Part shown: positions 63,001-64,000 of the stretch, one piece after another
Numbering within the stretch: position 1 is the first letter of the stretch
How the letters are laid out: every line of letters starts with the position of its first letter
Assembly: GCA_051313645.2 (NCBI GenBank)
Contig: JBNRSN020000003.1
Coordinates: 442,370,001-442,434,000 of the forward strand
Source: Centroscyllium fabricii
Lineage: Eukaryota
DNA: 64,000 nt
Reading direction: 5' to 3'
Notes under the pieces: generated by a model
Databases searched by the model: none
Told to the model about the DNA's origin: nothing
The model's input: only the letters and a program-made list of their open reading frames with translations
Translations under genes and position numbers: made by a program

Positions 63001-63567
63001 TTGGTTATTCCCAAAAATGTAACTATTCCCCCTAGAACTGATAAAGTCTGGTTCTTCACCAGTTCTTGCGTTTAGGTCCCCGCAGATCAACACGTTTCCC
63101 AGGGCCTGGAAATGGTTAATCTCTCTCTCAATAGTGGGGAAGGTGTCCTCTTTGGAGTATGGGGATTCTATAGGGGGGATATAGATTGCGCAGATGAAAA
63201 CATCCTGCCTGCTCGAGATTGTGTCTTTCTTCATCTTGAGCCATATATGATTTTCGCCCTTTTTTATAAATTCAATGCAATGGCTGATCTCTGCTTTAAG
63301 CCAAATCAACATGCCTCCGGAGTCTCTGCCCTGGGTTACTCCTGGCAGTTTATTGGAGGGCACTGACAGCTCTGTGTACCCGGGGGGGCACCCAGTGGAC
63401 CCTTCTCCTCTACACCAGGTTTCCTGCAAAAAAATTATGTCCAGATCTTTGATTTCCTGTAAGAACTCTGGGGTCCTGCTTTTCAGACCAAACGTATATG
63501 AGCGTAGGCCTTGAATGTTCCAGGTTGAGATGCGTAATGAATCCATGTTAATGTTAGTCATCATCAT
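60022..63567 (-). CDS. LINE ORF2: AP endonuclease, reverse transcriptase and C-terminal zinc knuckle (about 1181 aa from the ATG at 63567)
   Basis: WNIQGL, LQETW, GDLNAR, SDH; NYRGI, FIDFQKAFD, GVAQG, YADD; CSHC..ETELHF..C; no stops. Confidence 0.95.
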   Translation of the reverse strand: MMMTNINMDSLRISTWNIQGLRSYTFGLKSRTPEFLQEIKDLDIIFLQETWCRGEGSTGCPPGYTELSVPSNKLPGVTQGRDSGGMLIWLKAEISHCIEFIKKGENHIWLKMKKDTISSRQDVFICAIYIPPIESPYSKEDTFPTIEREINHFQALGNVLICGDLNARTGEEPDFISSRGNSYIFGNNQFDLPSHSHRNNYDKQTNAYGKQLLQICRSLGLYIVNGRFRGDSLGRPTYSSLLGTSTVDYMITDLDPSSFRAFTVKPQTPLSDHSQITAYIKRAETTITETQPSKLYKTKKSHRWAQDSSERYLKAISSQSIQLLLGTFLENTYTHNKEGVNLAVNNINNIFDKLASMSDLKFFSQNKPSQNKPKTRNHEKWFDSDCHNTRKKLRNISNQKHRQPKNEELRLAYCQALTQYKHTLRTKKEQYIKKKLSDIEESIDSNSFWDNWNALHKKQQDELPIQNGEIWEKHFVQLYQKHTRSPEQEQICKKLQELELVIKDYQNPLDSLITERELAEKLRDLRPRKAGGADGILNEMLKHTDDKMKLAILQLFNLVLSVGYFPEVWNKGLITPIFKSGDKLDPNNYRGICVSSNLGKVFCSIINKRLTSFLTEHNVLSNSQIGFLPNYRTSDHIFTLHTLIDKHVHQNKSKIFACFIDFQKAFDSIWHDGLFLKLIEGGIGGKTYDVIKSMYTGNKCAVKIGDKQTKYFPQGRGVAQGSSISPTLFNIYINELAKTLEQSTAPGLDLHDSEVKFLLYADDLVLLSPTEEGLQQNLDRLESFCQNWALKINPKKTKVLVFQQRTRHQGTKTNYTLGATQIEQTTNYTYLGLKISSTGNFHLAVNELKEKARRAFYAIKKSIQIEIPPGIWIKIFNSVIEPIALYGSEVWGLLTHHEFAKWDKHPIETLHAEFCKSILRTQRKTTNNACRAELGQYPLLFKIQKRAIKFWKHLKLSNPHSYHYKALKCQEANIKRSPLNQLVLGLSEVTTNTTVNNQPSGKTTNTTGNNQPLDSDALALRIRPNTIITKQKEKYLNYWTETTKTQNKLDCYLALNRQYTMADYLSMVKDSKLRKTLTRYRLCEHSLAIEKGRHRKTWLPREERLCSHCSQGVVETELHFLTTCENYQGIRGNFFPKFATCPEFKNLTDHQKLPYLLGEQRECVKLAANYVTACHKQRDNQ

Positions 63568-63569
63568 TT

Positions 63570-64000
63570 TTACTGTGTGGGGAGGCGGGAGCAGATGATG
63601 TTTAGCGTCTGCTGAATTTCCTTCAGTGTGTTGTCTCTGCCTTCGGTATTTCCCACTACCTGGGCATAGCTCCAACTGTTGGGTCAGGATTTCTGCTGCA
63701 GGGGTGGTCCTGTCAGCCTTGGGGCTGGTGTTGCCCTGTCATTTTTGCTGTGCTCTGTTGCACCGGGTCTTTGTAGCAGTGGAGGTATTCCCCGCGTTGG
63801 TCCTTGACTGTACCCCGCTGTTCTCTGGTGGCCTGGGGATCTTTTTTCTCTTTGATTCTGGGTGTGGATACGTTTAAAAGCAACGTCCTTCAGGGCCTTG
63901 GCAAAGGCAGGTATTGCCTCCTTGTAGAGATGAACGTGATCGTAAAGGCAATCCTCCCCCAGGGTGGGATGTTGAGCTACGCACACGTTTTGTTTTGCTG
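63570..64000 (-). CDS. LINE ORF1 C-terminus (SGNH esterase-like), with an in-frame TGA at 63684-63686
   Basis: LYDHVHL (DxxH) motif; the frame continues past the TGA as SYAQVV..LKEIQQTLNIICSRL to a TAA at 63570-63572. Confidence 0.8.

Larger units (their letters stand above)
59771..64000 (-). mobile_element. Young L2/Crack-type LINE, extends beyond the window
   Basis: ORF1 end, intact ORF2, 3' UTR, catgccaataaagc and (GAATT)n tail. Confidence 0.95.

Overview
Vertebrate genomic DNA, most likely a cartilaginous fish (shark), judged from its repeat repertoire: HE1-like V-SINEs, SacSINE/DeuSINE-like SINEs and HER1-like CR1 LINEs. Most of the window is nested transposable elements: CR1, L2, Rex1, RTE and Vingi-like LINE fragments, several SINE families, solo LTRs, MITEs and a Harbinger remnant. 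A young L2/Crack-type LINE at the right edge has an intact ~1181-aa EN-RT ORF2 and an esterase-type ORF1. The most distinctive structure is a set of seven short Penelope-like insertions, each a fold-back of the pseudo-LTR. Most carry a minimal hammerhead ribozyme, and four have their truncation point in or at the ribozyme. Two phase-compatible candidate exons (29.2 and 37.3 kb, + strand) may be the 3' end of an unidentified host gene. No CRISPR array or true tRNA/rRNA gene was found. Family names come from motif recognition, not database searches, and boundaries of old repeats are approximate.
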